A stretch of DNA of 62,648 nt, counting the filler, from Asterionella formosa (lineage: Eukaryota), in the NCBI GenBank assembly GCA_002256025.1. It is 13 parts of 13 records of this genome, joined end to end, with 100 filler letters (N's around TTAATTAATTAA, not from the genome) between each part and the next. Parts side by side here need not be neighbours in the genome. Positions count along the whole stretch, not along the records: positions 38,673 to 43,397 come from NKIB01013398.1; positions 43,498 to 48,211 come from NKIB01013399.1; positions 48,312 to 53,025 come from NKIB01013400.1; 10 more parts are not named here. One strand, 5' to 3'. Below are positions 38,673 to 51,830 of the stretch, piece after piece; the stretch's first letter is position 1; each line of letters opens with the position of its first letter. The notes beneath the pieces were generated by a model. That model was not told the DNA's origin. It made no database searches and was given only the letters and a program-made list of their open reading frames with translations. A program made the translations under genes and the position numbers.

Positions 38673-39180
38673 GAATAAATTGTATTTGCTTCCCAATCAG
38701 CCATATCTAGGTGAGGGAGACCACAAAGTATGAGCTCTAGCTCTTGGTGATCGAAAACAGACAGAGCTGGCTCAGGAATGACATCAAAGAACCCAAGAAA
38801 GAGCTCTGTCAATTGAGGACGAACTCGATCCAACATGCGATACTTGAGGTTAGCTTCCAAGTAGTTATAAATGTTTTCATTTGTTACTTCTTTCATAGAA
38901 CCACCAGGAATAAGTTCTACCTCCTTGCGGATACCAAGAGTCTCTTCAGTAGCAGTGAAATCAAGACATGTCATTGAAACATCCTCCATATTAGAGAGCT
39001 TCTTAAGAGACTTGTAATACTCATCATCCTCATGCTCTAAATCTTGAAAGGTAATTGGCAAGCCCATCAGATGTTTGTAGAGATGACGGACCAAATTTCC
39101 TTTCATAAGTTGCCGATCAAAGAGTGCTCAGCCCATGACACGGCCAAGGAATCTATAATAGACAAGGTAATCATCAGGGC
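38673..39180 (-). pseudogene. NEDD4-like HECT E3 ligase fragment
   Basis: YYRFLGRVMG*ALFD, LYKHLMG.PITFQDL, ELIPGG, GFFDVIP, ELELILCG; premature TGA at about 39128-39130; homology stops abruptly at 39180. Confidence 0.88.
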
Positions 39181-39194
39181 CTAACCCTAACCCT

Positions 39195-41527
39195 ATCATG
39201 GAAAGGAGGAGTTAATTATGATGTGAACACCATGAATTTCTGTCCTTCTAGTGGTGCCACCATAAATTGCATTCCCGGATATACATTTTCTGGAATCGTG
39301 AGACCAAAAATGTTTGTGCAGTCCCTCCCTTTTCTTTGGCTGCTCGGTTGACTTCCATTACTTCTGGAGCCATGGGTGAAGCTCCTCTTCCAGCCAGATA
39401 ATCTTTTGAAGCCGTGGGTGAGGCTCCTGGTCGTAACATACAGCAATCATTGCATATGAACAAACCAAGGACACAGTCCTAACAAATAAAATGCAGGCGG
39501 ACAAATCCTCCTGCTTCACCAAATGTGTGATTGAAGGGAATGCAGTCATTATGCACAGGGAAAAAATTTATGTGCCCCATTCTCTTACACAACGCACCTT
39601 GGCATGGTATGATGAATACCTATGTACACTCCAAACTCATTCCGGAGAACAACACTCTCTGAGTGCCTTAACTATGATTGATCCGGCCACTGGCTGGTTC
39701 GAAATCAAAGCAATAACGGACAAAAGTGCAGCTTCCATAATGGACCATTTTGATAACGAATGACTGGCGCGCTATCCACGACCACAAAGCATTATATTCG
39801 ATAATGGTGGGGAATTTAAGAACTTATTTAAGGCTATGTGCGATAACTACGGGCTTAAATCTACACATACCATGAGTTATAACCCGCAGGCCAATTCTGT
39901 CCTCGAACGTGTTCACCAGGTATTGGGCAAAATGTTGTGCACGCAACGCATTGCTGATACTATCTCGGTTGAACAACCCTGGGATAATTTCCTTGCCGCG
40001 GCTGCCTGGGCTATTCGCAGCACGTACAATACGACTCTTGACGCCACTCCCGTTTAACTGGTTTTTGGGCGTGACATGCTCCTCAATATTGCCTTTAAGG
40101 CGAATTGGGAGGCCATCCGCCACAACAAACAGGTCAGCATAAATGCTTCAAACGCCAAGGAAAACAAATCTTGTATTCCCCATACGTATAAGATCAGTGA
40201 CCAAATCACGGTCATCCGTCCAGGACTCCTCCCGAAATTGATGAGCCCCACTGATGGGCCACATACTGTCACACAGGTATATACAAATGGCAATGTCCAA
40301 ATACTCCGTGGCATCGTGTCTCAGCGTCTTAACATTTGCCGTGTCCACCCGTATTTTGCCTCGGCAATTCATGGGGGCAAGTGACCTATGGTACAGTATG
40401 TACCACGCTAGAACTATATAATGTTAACCTTATAGGCTCTTCTATGCAGACCATATACTTGTTTACTCTCACTGTCGAGATTTACACAAGACACACTGTG
40501 TATGTATACCAGGTCAACCCTAATGAAAGGTGTACCCTTTCATATTAAGCACATGACTACCATGGTACCCATATGTAGTACACATACATGTACACGGGAT
40601 TGATCATGATTAGTACGTGATGCTATATACTAGCCCATACCGGTAGTACATATTGCATTATGTACCTGCAGCTATATATGCTACGAGATAACTATTGGTA
40701 TATAGCTATGTACCTCTAGAATAGACGCACGTAAGAATGCTAGGCTAACATGACACCTAGTAATATGGACTCTTGACGCCCAGCTAGTACGTACACCTCT
40801 CATTAAGGCCCTTGTGAGTCCCCTTAACTATGAGCTAATATAGATACACTAATCATTAACCTCATAATTACCCAGAACCTACTTGTTGAATCCTGACAAC
40901 AGTAGGGCATTATAAATTTATACCCCTTGTCAGAAAGAGATAAGTAATAACTGAAATAAAATTTAAAACAAGCGATTACCAATGTCTTCTCCTAGTACTG
41001 TCAATACGACAAAGAATGGAATGATGGAAGCCCTCCTGCTACTACAGTAGAGAGGACCTCCTCCCATTCCATTCAAATCGGATTGTTCGAATAAAGACGT
41101 GACAGCCTGTGACCAGTATGTTTTGGTACACTTGAGCATTGACGCCAGGTCCGAAGCAGCAGGCACGTTTGAGCAGAAGGTGAAAACCTTCGCCAACGGT
41201 ACCGCCAAGGAGTACATTAGGTGGAAATTAGCATTTGCCAATGTCATCAGGCTTAAGCCTCTGGAGAATGGCATGGCAAAAATCATGATGGCTAATGTCC
41301 TGTTAACAGGCGCAGCCAAAGACGCATTTGGTAGTACTCTTGTAATGGCCGCTGTTCCTCATCCCGAGGACTCTCCCGCTGCAGATGAAGCCTTATACAA
41401 TTCTGCAATTGAAGCCCTAAACAACCGGTTCATACCGTTAGATGGGCTTGGAAGCCCTGGCATCACCAATTGTTATGGATACTTCAAATTGAATCACCAG
41501 AGTTGGGGCCAAATGGGAAATCTTTAA
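39195..41527 (+). mobile_element. Ty3/Gypsy remnant ordered integrase - PPT - LTR (40382-40898) - gag
   Basis: LTMIDPATGWFEI, FDNGGEFK, NPQANSVLERVHQ, WAIRSTY, FGRDML; PPT ATGGGGGCAAG; TG...TGACA; gag-like PPPIPF and F.NGT..EYI.W at 40982-41440. Confidence 0.85.
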
Positions 41528-42423
41528 CCCAATCCACACTCACCATCCTATTCCCTGGCTGACACAAGAAGTGCAGTCATAGAGAACTGAACCAAGAACA
41601 AAGCTACCACATTTTTTAACTACTTCCACAAAAGGAAGTGACTACCAACCAACCAAACCTTTCCACCGCCCCACCTTATATGGGCCATGGAGGGCAATGA
41701 CGGCAACTCTAGAAATAGAATAGTGAGAATGCACTATAAAAATGATTGATATATATATGAAGTGCACATGATTGTGCACGTGCTGTGCAGTCATCATCTA
41801 AAAGGAAATCGTGCTCAAATCATGCTACCAATTGGCGCATAAACCCACAACACCATCGGCAAAGGGAGGTAATTCAAACAAATATTGAATAGGATGATGA
41901 GTAAAACATCGATCGATCAGAACCCGGAGAATGTAATTAAACCACGCATGGAATACGCGATTGAATGATACTATGAGAATATCCAATATTCTCACAAACT
42001 ATAATAGGAATTAGTACAGAATAAGATTGTAACACTTGAATGCATGAGCAAACTCCTTGTTCCTTGCCGCTTTTACAACCCTACTGATATTTTCTCCAAA
42101 CTAGGGTTAAGCCTGTATCTTTATTCGCTCATCAACGGTAAAATATAAATCTTTTCCCTCCTCCTTTGCTTCGAAGCACTCAATTAAGGCCTCTGATTTC
42201 TTCATTGCGTATTCGTACGCCGGATTGAAGGTGACGATGAGAGCATATAATTGTTCGCGTATCCATGACAAAGGTCTTTTAATGCTCGGTGGGTGGTAAA
42301 TTATGCAAATTAAGTAAATTATGTACAACTTCTTCTTGTTATTTCACAATCCTCCACTGACAATACCGGTAGTGCTCCCTCCCCACTGCTGTCCTGTCTT
42401 GGAGGCAAAGTCACAACAAGACC

Positions 42424-43397
42424 ATGTCAAGCAACAATAACAATGAGACTGGCGATGGTGGAGAGTTCGAGGATGATCTCAAACAGGATAACCAGCACCT
42501 CGACGTTGGAGGTTCTAATGAAGAGAATCCTCCTGCTTCGTCAACTCTCGAAGAAGGAACAGGAACTCATCTTGAACGTTACATGAAGATAGTCGCGACA
42601 GCGACTGTGGTGATTGGCATAATTGTGTGCATCATTGTTCTTCCCATTACTACAAAGCAAAAGAAGAACCAATCATCCGCTCTGACCAGACCATCACCAC
42701 CAGTTCCTAGGATTCCAACATCGGCACCCTTTAAAAATCCATCAGCTTCGTTAAGTTTGTTTGAATTTTTGGCTGCAAATTCATTTGATGATGGAACTGC
42801 GCTTTTAAATTTTGACTCCTCACAAAGACGGGCGTGGAGATGGCTGGAGCAGTCATCACTATATTATAGTGCCCCAGACTATATTGTGTTGCAATTCTAT
42901 GCTTTGGCAGTGTTTTTTATTGCGACTTATCATACCCTTGAATATACTACATGGTTGAAAGAGAATGGAGAATACGATTTTTGTGTCGAGGTTACTGTAA
43001 ATTGCAATGGTGGGACAGATATCAAAGTTTTGAACATTTCTTCTTCTCTACTTCATGGATCCATTCAACCCGAGATTGGACTCTTGACAAGTCTTTCATA
43101 TCTAGGATTGAGCAAAAACTCTTTCACTGGCACACTTCCCACAGAGATTGGACTCTTGACAAGTCTCACTGATCTATCTTTGTTTATCAATTCTTTCACT
43201 GGCACACTTCCGACTGAGATTGGACACTTGACAAGTCTCACTGAGCTATCTTTGTACAGCAATTCTTTCAATGGCACACTTCCCACAGAGATTGGACTCT
43301 TGACAAGTCTCACTTATCTAGATTTGGACTCCAATTCTTTCACTGGCACACTTCCCACAGAGATAGGAATAAAGAAAAGTATAAATTATCTAGATTT
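42424..43397 (+). CDS. Single-TM leucine-rich repeat protein (3' truncated)
   Basis: TM segment IVATATVVIGIIVCIIVLPI; S.QRRAWRWL and QFYALAVFF; 24-aa repeats NSFTGTLPTEIGLLTSLT.L.L. Confidence 0.92.
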
Positions 43398-43497
43398 NNN
43401 NNNNNNNNNNNNNNNNNNNNNNNNNNNNNNNNNNNNNNNNNTTAATTAATTAANNNNNNNNNNNNNNNNNNNNNNNNNNNNNNNNNNNNNNNNNNNN

Positions 43498-44411
43498 AGA
43501 GATAATATTATAACGTGTTCAAAGTAAGCGTTAAAGCATGCATGGTTGTTTTTAGTACCACGTACGTATGTAGACTAGATGACTGCCGGTACCGGTAGAA
43601 TATCCGTTAAGCATCATTACATACCGGTACATGACCGGAGCAAAAACTTGCCACCAACATCAGATGTATCGATATCATCTTTCGTCCGACGAAATATGGA
43701 CGATGCGACTACATGAATACCTCGAGAAGACAAGCAATCCAACAATCAACCGCATCCGTTAGGCAAAGAATCGCTACTGGCGTCATCGCGGAACTGATTT
43801 CGCTTCAAACCGGTCATGATGGACGACGATTGGCATGGCGAAAGGTGAATTGCCGGAGTCCACTTTTCAGGAGACGAACAAAAACGAGGTGAATTCTAGA
43901 TATAGATTATCAGAACCTGAATAGTATATAAAATGGTTTCCTTAAGTAGACCCCTTGCCGATTTCGGCAATCCCAGGGCTGGAAAACCGAGGGGCAATTG
44001 GTGTCTGTTGTCTTGCCAAAATGCGAACATATGAAATATACAAAATATATTTTAATGATGGGCAATATCGGACCTTTGGCAATTTTCGAGGTGAAGATAG
44101 GAAATATACAAAAAATATTTTATTTGATGGGCAATAGTAGGCTAAAATTGACATTTATGCTTAATTTGTGGGCAGTAGGTAAGCGAATGACGCGACGATA
44201 GCTAGAGCGGGAATTGCCTCAACAATACCCTTCTCGGCGGCTACTTGCCTTCTCGTATACATGTGTACTCGGGTGGGATGGCACTCGTAGGGTGACCTTC
44301 TCGCAGCGCCGGGGGCGCTTTTCGTACGGTCAACCTACTCGCGCCACCCAGCCTCGAACACATGTATACTCGCAGGCAAGAGACCACCTCGGGCGTGTAT
44401 TGCCTTCAGCA
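43498..44411 (-). repeat. Family A interspersed repeat
   Basis: Ends ACCACCTCGGGCGTGTATTGCCTTCAGCA, identical to the end at 59083. Confidence 0.92.
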
Positions 44412-44458
44412 GATACCGGTAGCAGGAATTCTACCAAGGTACTCCCTCAGTCCATTCA

Positions 44459-47400
44459 TTTCTGCGCATGATGCATTTTTCGTTACATGTATGATAAAAG
44501 CATACTTTGAAAGTGAACAGGCTAAGCTTACTCATACTAATAATCAAAACACCATATAATAATCAAAACATTATCCTATGATATACATTCTTTTACCATC
44601 TATCTATACTTATATGATGGTAACTCTAATCGAAATAGCAGTTGAAAATAGGTTGAAATGGATCGTTACTCTAATCGAAATAGCTGTAGAAAATAGGTTG
44701 AAATGGATTGTAATTTTACTGTTACATCACAAAATCATTTTTATGTTTCTAGATTTTGTGAAGTTAAACAGTCAATGTTCCCCATTTCTATTGTCTCAAT
44801 ACTATTGATCAAGATGCATGCCTCCCTCACCCATTGCCCTTCAATGCTTGTGAGGATACATGCCTCCCCTGCCTCCCTTCAATGCTCTTGATGCATGCTT
44901 CCCGCTTCCCTTCAATGCTCTTGAAGATGCATGCCCCCCTCCCACTTCCCTTAAACTCTCTTGAGGATGCATGCCTCCCTTCAAAGCTCTTGATTCATGC
45001 CTCCCGCCTCCCTTCCTCTCTGATTCTGAAACTCGTCTGACTACTTGCTGCAAAAACTATTTCCTTTTGATCCAATTCTGAATTTGCATGCGCTATTCCG
45101 TTCCTGTTTTATCCATTTCGATTTCCTAATTATACTAACAATGAGAAGGAATTACTCACTTGTTAGCCATGTTTTGTTTATTCCTCAATACTGCTGTGGT
45201 CCCTTTTTATCATGCTTCACTTACCAGAAATCGATGAACTTTTCGCATGATTCAGTAAAATAATGTGTCAGTTGATGATCACATAATTACACATCAATAA
45301 ACCGTTCCACCAATGCCATTTATAACTTACAACAAAACTGTTTGATTAAAATTATCCTGAAAGATTAAAAACAACCATGTGTCAGTGATGTTCTAAAAGT
45401 GTGTCTATATATAAAAAACCGTTAGCCCTAACAGTTTTGCTGTAATACCAACTGCCCCAAAAATTCTCACTATGACGTACCATTTTTTGATTGATCATAC
45501 AAAACAACTGATTGATTGATTAATATTGTTGCATTACTTTAAGTTTGCTTAGTATAGATCACATGCATATTATGTAATATGTAATCGATTGCATTTGTAA
45601 CATTAATAACGAAGCACATTCAGTATACACTCATCATATATATATATATATATATCAATGAGTTTCAAATCAATAGATCATATACTATGCTTATGATCAA
45701 TACAGCGTTCGGAAGCATGTACTGGTAGAGCATTCAAATTGGAATGGCAACAAGGAACTCACCGTTGTTGCACAGAATTCGTTCAAATAGCATCGTTGGG
45801 TACAAGGTTTACATACACATAAGGTGATCTGTGTAAAGTCATAACCTTCGCTAAAACAATAATTGATCAAAGAGCAACAGCTATTGATCAATCAAACAAC
45901 GTATCAATATATCAAAGCATTTGGTTAGCAGATTATATTTGATAACTAATATATATGCCTTCTATCTATGCGTAACCTGACGTGTGTAAGAAATTAATCT
46001 GACAAACAAATTTGATTGACCACACCGACACGGTCATTGATATATCAAAATTATCATCAACATAACAAAACATTTGATCAATATATCAACAATTTGGATT
46101 AACCGATTAGATTTGGTAACTAATATATACGAGTTCTTGTATACGCATAACCTAACATGTGTATGCTAGTAACCTAACATACAAATTTGATTGATCATAC
46201 AGATACAGCCATTGATATATCAAAATTATCATCAAAATATCAAAATATTTGAATAATCAATCAGTTTTTCAACGTATGCTGAGTAAAACGTTAGATCTAC
46301 TGGAAAATCTATTCACAAACGTGGTTCATTGATCCAACAAGAGCATTTACAATTTTTTGTCGACATTGGTGGTGTCCCGCTGAATGCGAAATGTGCTTTT
46401 GAATTGCTAGGGAAGGAGGCAATCATTTAGTCTTTGCGAACCCAACAATTGATCACCTTGGCATGTGCTCTTGACATACCATAGCTAGATTCCATTCACT
46501 CTTCCATTTTCAATCCTTGCTTCTAAGCCGCAAGGCTTATCATCATGGTGTGCGTTGAAGCGTTGTTCTTTCAAGATCATGTGTTACCGGTATGCATAAC
46601 AAGGAACCTCTAAACATGATTTCAAATGTGTAGGCTATGTTTACATTTATAAAAATTTGAAAACGTATAAATTTATACACATAATGCGTATACTATCAAA
46701 AATTAAGCTGATACATAATTCAAATATATACAAAGCATGAGGATATCATTGTTTTCCACGACCTGATGTACTGTTTTTGATTTTTTCCGCATCAATTCTT
46801 GTACCTTCAAGTAACTGATTTAATTAACCCATCAATTAGCGGGAGTCATACAACAATTTTCATATTGTACAATTCATGAAATTTTTTTACTGGTAGATGA
46901 ATCGCTCGAATCAATCTTTATGAATTACAGATCATACCTCCTGGTTAGAAATGATTGCCAATAAATAAGATCACAGATAACAATTTTTAGCTTTTTTGAT
47001 CTTACTTTGAACATGAATATATCTTACTACTAAAAAATTACTGATCATACTTTGGTTAGATATGATTGCTAATAAATAAGATCATAGATAACAAGTTGTA
47101 GCTTTTTTGATCTTACTTTTAACATGAATAAAGCATACTACTAAAAAATTACAGATCATACTTTGGTTAGATATGATTGCCATTAAATAAGATCTCAGGT
47201 AAAATTTCTTTGGCTCGTTTGATCTTACTTTTCGCCTAAGTACGAGGTGATGATAGATACCAATGTCACCTTGTTTGTACGAGAATGTTTTATTTCGTTC
47301 CCTCCATCACCAATAGATACCGATGTTGTCACCTTGTCTGTACAAGAACGTGTTCCAGCCTTAGTACGAGGTGACAAAAGATACCTATGTCACCTTGTTT

Positions 47401-48211
47401 GTTTGTCGTCCATCTGCATCCGGGAGTTGTTATTAATGGCATTATCGACAGGAGCCAATATTTTTTAGCAGCAAATGAAGAAGAACAAACGTCATCATCG
47501 ATTTCAGTATCAATGAGGGAATCATGTGTAGCTAATGGTGTTCCAGTGGATGATGGGGTAGTTCCCCCACTAACTCCTCCCTATCACCAATTGGGTTCCT
47601 TTGAATAATTGCTGATTCGCGTTTTTGCGAACTCATTTTGGTGATTGCTTCCTTCCTCCATACCGGCAGTATTTGCCACATGTCGCTTGTTTCCATGAAC
47701 GTCTTTATGGATTTTTGAAGACATTGTACTGCTAGATAACTGTTGTCATTTTCAAAAGTTCGATGATCTTAAAATCAGGTGTTGCTACAATGAAATGAAT
47801 CATCAGCTGCTGAGTATAGTAATTTATGCTGTTTAGATACGACGATGCCATAAGACCAACAGTGCTATTCGCATTATCATATACAAAATAAGAACCAAGG
47901 TTGAGTAAAAGCATATCTTACTTCGATTCTACGATCACACAATCCTGAAACTTTGATAATTTACTGTCCCTCTGCAGTAGCAACAGTCCTGAACATATGG
48001 TGTTCTGTTGCTTGCTTACTACTCCGACAACACTCAGTAAATCACTTCCTACCTGCTAAGACTGGTAAGCTGCATACCGGTAGTATATATGATAAAATGT
48101 TATGATCATATGATGCACACACGAAGAACTCCCGCCAAGTAAGGGGCTTAAATAATCAGCTACCAAAATCCTTGCATATAAATAATGATACACATGGGTT
48201 GTGACTTACAC
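44459..48211 (+). repeat. Family B element body with many internal tandem duplications
   Basis: Start matches 1-70 (reverse complement); 46300-46880 matches 57050-57790 (reverse complement); tandem units at 44620-44715, 44810-45020, 45900-46250, 46925-47230. Confidence 0.75.
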
Positions 48212-48954
48212 NNNNNNNNNNNNNNNNNNNNNNNNNNNNNNNNNNNNNNNNNNNNTTAATTAATTAANNNNNNNNNNNNNNNNNNNNNNNNNNNNNNNNN
48301 NNNNNNNNNNNCTGGTCATTTTTACTACTAGTTTATGTAGTCCCATGGGTTACTGGTGGTGAGACAGACAACAAGCAGGAATAAGGCCCTCTGGGGCGCA
48401 AGAAGTGCAACTTCATAAACTTCACTATTGTTAATTTCTTTAACACTAGCTAGCATACTATAGACATATAAAATTACTAAATTCCAAAAATGAAATCTGC
48501 CAATCCTATGCTATTTTTGTTATTTTGCTTAAGAATTCAAATAGCTACAGGAACCTTAATGTTAAATCCTTCCTCTCATGCTAATTGAAAATACTTGCTT
48601 GGTTTCGAAAAATTGGCTGGTTGTCAGCCATGATTCAGTATTTCAATCAAGATAGTTGCGAATTTGAACAAATCAATACATGATTTTTAAATATACAGTC
48701 TTATGAAACCAATGGCATAGCTATAAAAGTCATTTGAATTGCTGAAGAAAATTGTCAGAGTCAAAATATTCCTAGAGAATCATAAAGAACCGCCACAACT
48801 GTCGTTGTCACTCACCAGAGGGTAGCGGAAGGAGAATGGGTAGCAGCAGCAGCAGAGGCCAAGCAAGCATACTAATAGTAAGAGGGAACAGGGAGGAAAG
48901 GAGGACAATGGAGATAGCGAGGGCGCATCAAAGCATGATGCTTAGTAAAATAAT

Positions 48955-51050
48955 CAGCACAACTCAAACTGCCCTTTTTCAGTAATCAAGAAATTGGCCC
49001 TGCCAAAGAACCTGATTGCGGACCGAATAGAAATGCATATCCATAGCTTTGGAATGTTTTTGGTGGATGGTGTCATTAGCAATACCGCTGGCAGTGCTAT
49101 TATCAGTGACAATAGGGGTAGAAGGTTGGGGATGACCAAGTTCAGCAAGGATGTGTGTAATAGCATAAGCCTCTTTGTAATTGTGAAACAAGGCAGACAG
49201 TTTGGCCTTGGAAGCACTGGATAACATCTCCTTGAGAATTTGACAATACATGTAAAGAGCTCCATTAAGAGGAGGTAAAGGATCGGTAGGGCAAGGCAAA
49301 GACATGGGTTTACAGTTGAGAAAATGAATACTGGCAGTTTGGGAGCAACTGCGTGTTTCAGCGAGAAAGGATGCATCGCTTTCACCATGCATGTCACTGG
49401 CAGTATAGCGGAGTGTGGCTTCAGGATTGGTTGAACAATAATTGAGAAGTTGAGTAAAAGCAGTTAATATGGCCATAGTAGGAGTGCCTTGTTGTGTAGC
49501 CAATGTTCCAAGGGTGAGCAACATAGTACATTTAATAGCATGGGCATTATAGTGGAAGGTAGTACCAAGAACTTCCTGCACATGTTTTTTATCATGGAGG
49601 TCAAGGATGGGAATGACATCAGGAACAACAAATTGCTGGCGCGCGCCATAGATTGGTGCATTCCAGGCATGGAAGGGGGATGTTGCAGGCGTGTTGGAGG
49701 GGGGGGGGTGGGAGTGGTCAAACCGTTGTAAGGCAAAAGCTCTGTATCCAGGCATAGTGAGGTGGACAGTGCGGTTTTCGTAATCCCATGCCAGCGTAAG
49801 GCCAATGTAGTGGGAGCTGGTCCAATCAGTAGTGAGGCGGTTATTGGTTTGTAAAGTGGCTGGTGAGAAGATGTTCCACATCACTACTAATGTATGCCAA
49901 AGTCATCGACAATAAGAGTAAACATTAGATCACTGGTTGTATCCTTCCATAAGCAAGGGGAGATTACTAGGCAGGGGAGGAGGTACTGATTATGAGGGAG
50001 CAAAAACTGTACAAGTTGGTCATTGGCAAGTTTACCAGCCTGAGGCAGAAGTACAGCAATTGATGATTTTGGCAGATAAGTTGTAGAGGGTTTGGATGTG
50101 AGAGGGGATCATTCATATAGGGATGTGGACGTATTCATATTTGGTTTGAGTAAGATCACTTTCAAGAAAAATCCGATAAATCCACAGTCATGAAATTTCC
50201 ATTAAGGGTACTGATTGTGCTGTTCAACAAACATTTAGTAAAAGTCAGATCAGCAGTCTTTCTGCTAACATTGCCAGTGTAGATCACTCGATCTCCCCCA
50301 GCAGTACAGTGAATGCATTGTTGGCAAATGGTTTTTTCAGGGCAATCAGCACACACAATGCAAATATAAGTGGCAAGTTTGTGTGGTGGCATGTTGTGCT
50401 TATGAATGAAGAAACAGCAATTATTACCAGTGGGCATGGCTGAATTGGGTCCCATGCTCTGGAATAACTGCCCAATTCTTCTTTTCAAGCCATCAGGATT
50501 GGCTGTGGCCCAAAGGGGGTGCTGCAAGTCAATAACTCATCCTTATAGCCCGCAATTTCACCATTGTTGGGGTTGATAGCGGTGCCATGGAAAAAATCAG
50601 TGACTGGGGGAGTAGCACCACTGGTGGTGAAGGCAGCAAGAAGAGCAAGGTTGGCGAGCAAAGGAAGGGTGCTGGGGGTACCACCATGGTGGGGAATTGT
50701 ATGGTATCGGTGGCACTTGTTGGGACCAGTTGTAGTGTCATATGTGGCAGGAACAAGGGAAGGTGGAAGTGGACTTGGAAGCACAACACATCCCAATACG
50801 AGCAAGGGGGCAGAGAAATGAGAGTGGGGACACTGGCAGTAGGATGCCTACTAGGGGTAGGTTTAGGGTTATGGATTCCGTCGCGTAATTCAGTAGGGTT
50901 AGGGTTAAGGTTAGGGTTACCGACGCTCTTGCCCTTTGGTTTAGGGTTAGGGTTAGGGTTACGTTCCCTCAGTGGTTGGGCATCAACATCAGTATGGACC
51001 AGGCAAGGTGTACACCTTCCTATAGCAAATTTCATGAACAAGAAAGTCCA
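48955..51050 (-). mobile_element. Degenerate Copia pol (RT-RNase H), diatom-like lineage
   Basis: TAGGDR, LLNSTIST, LIVDDFG, YIGLTLAWDYEN, SDASFL, TDNSTASG, SKAMDMHFY; frameshifts. Confidence 0.9.
50852..50961 (+). repeat. Interstitial telomeric (TTAGGG)n blocks
   Basis: Three blocks of 3-4 units (50852-50871 degenerate, 50894-50919, 50938-50961) separated by unique spacers of about 20 nt. Confidence 0.85.
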
Positions 51051-51830
51051 TGACAAGAAAGTTACTACTTAGTAGTAGTTGTACCTGGATCTGTTATACT
51101 TCCAATTTGATTGTTCAGGCAAACCATCCCACTGAATGCTATAGCCAAAAATACCAGCCCAATTGCTTAATGAAATCAGATACCGGTAGACAGCCAGGTC
51201 TGTTGTTTGAATCCACCAAACTTCTTGTCTCAGCAGTTACTACCATTATGGTGGCCAATAATGTATTGCAAGTTTTGCCTTGTTGAGAAGCATTGAACCA
51301 AAAGGTTACCCTAATTGAAAGTATAGGTACATTCATAGCTAGTCCTAGGAGATTATTTATTGATGGTTAAGAAAAATCACATGTCAAAACATATTTGCTA
51401 GTATCTAGATTGTATTTAGATAATTAAATCCATAATGGGATATTAAGTATCTTTTTTGATCAAGAGCATTTTACTGCACTACCCCATGGCTAGGCAAGAT
51501 AGACATAACATCATCTATAATATATATCTAGATGGGGATGATAATCTACATTGTCCACTGAAAGTTGGAAAGAAATATAGAACTAAACATAAAAGGTTGC
51601 AATGAAATCCAAATAAAGAGAAATAAAATGACTCCAAGTAAATGAAGGAGTGCATAAAAATTTGTTGACCACCATATTGTCCAGAATGAGTGCAATGAGA
51701 GTGAAATTGTTGGGCAAGGACAAAGGGAGAGAGATACAAAAAATCAAAATATGAAAAAAACCGCCCCCATCCCCCCTCGAGAGAAAAAAAATGTAAAGAG
51801 CGAGCGAGAATTGTAGTACATGGTTGCTGT

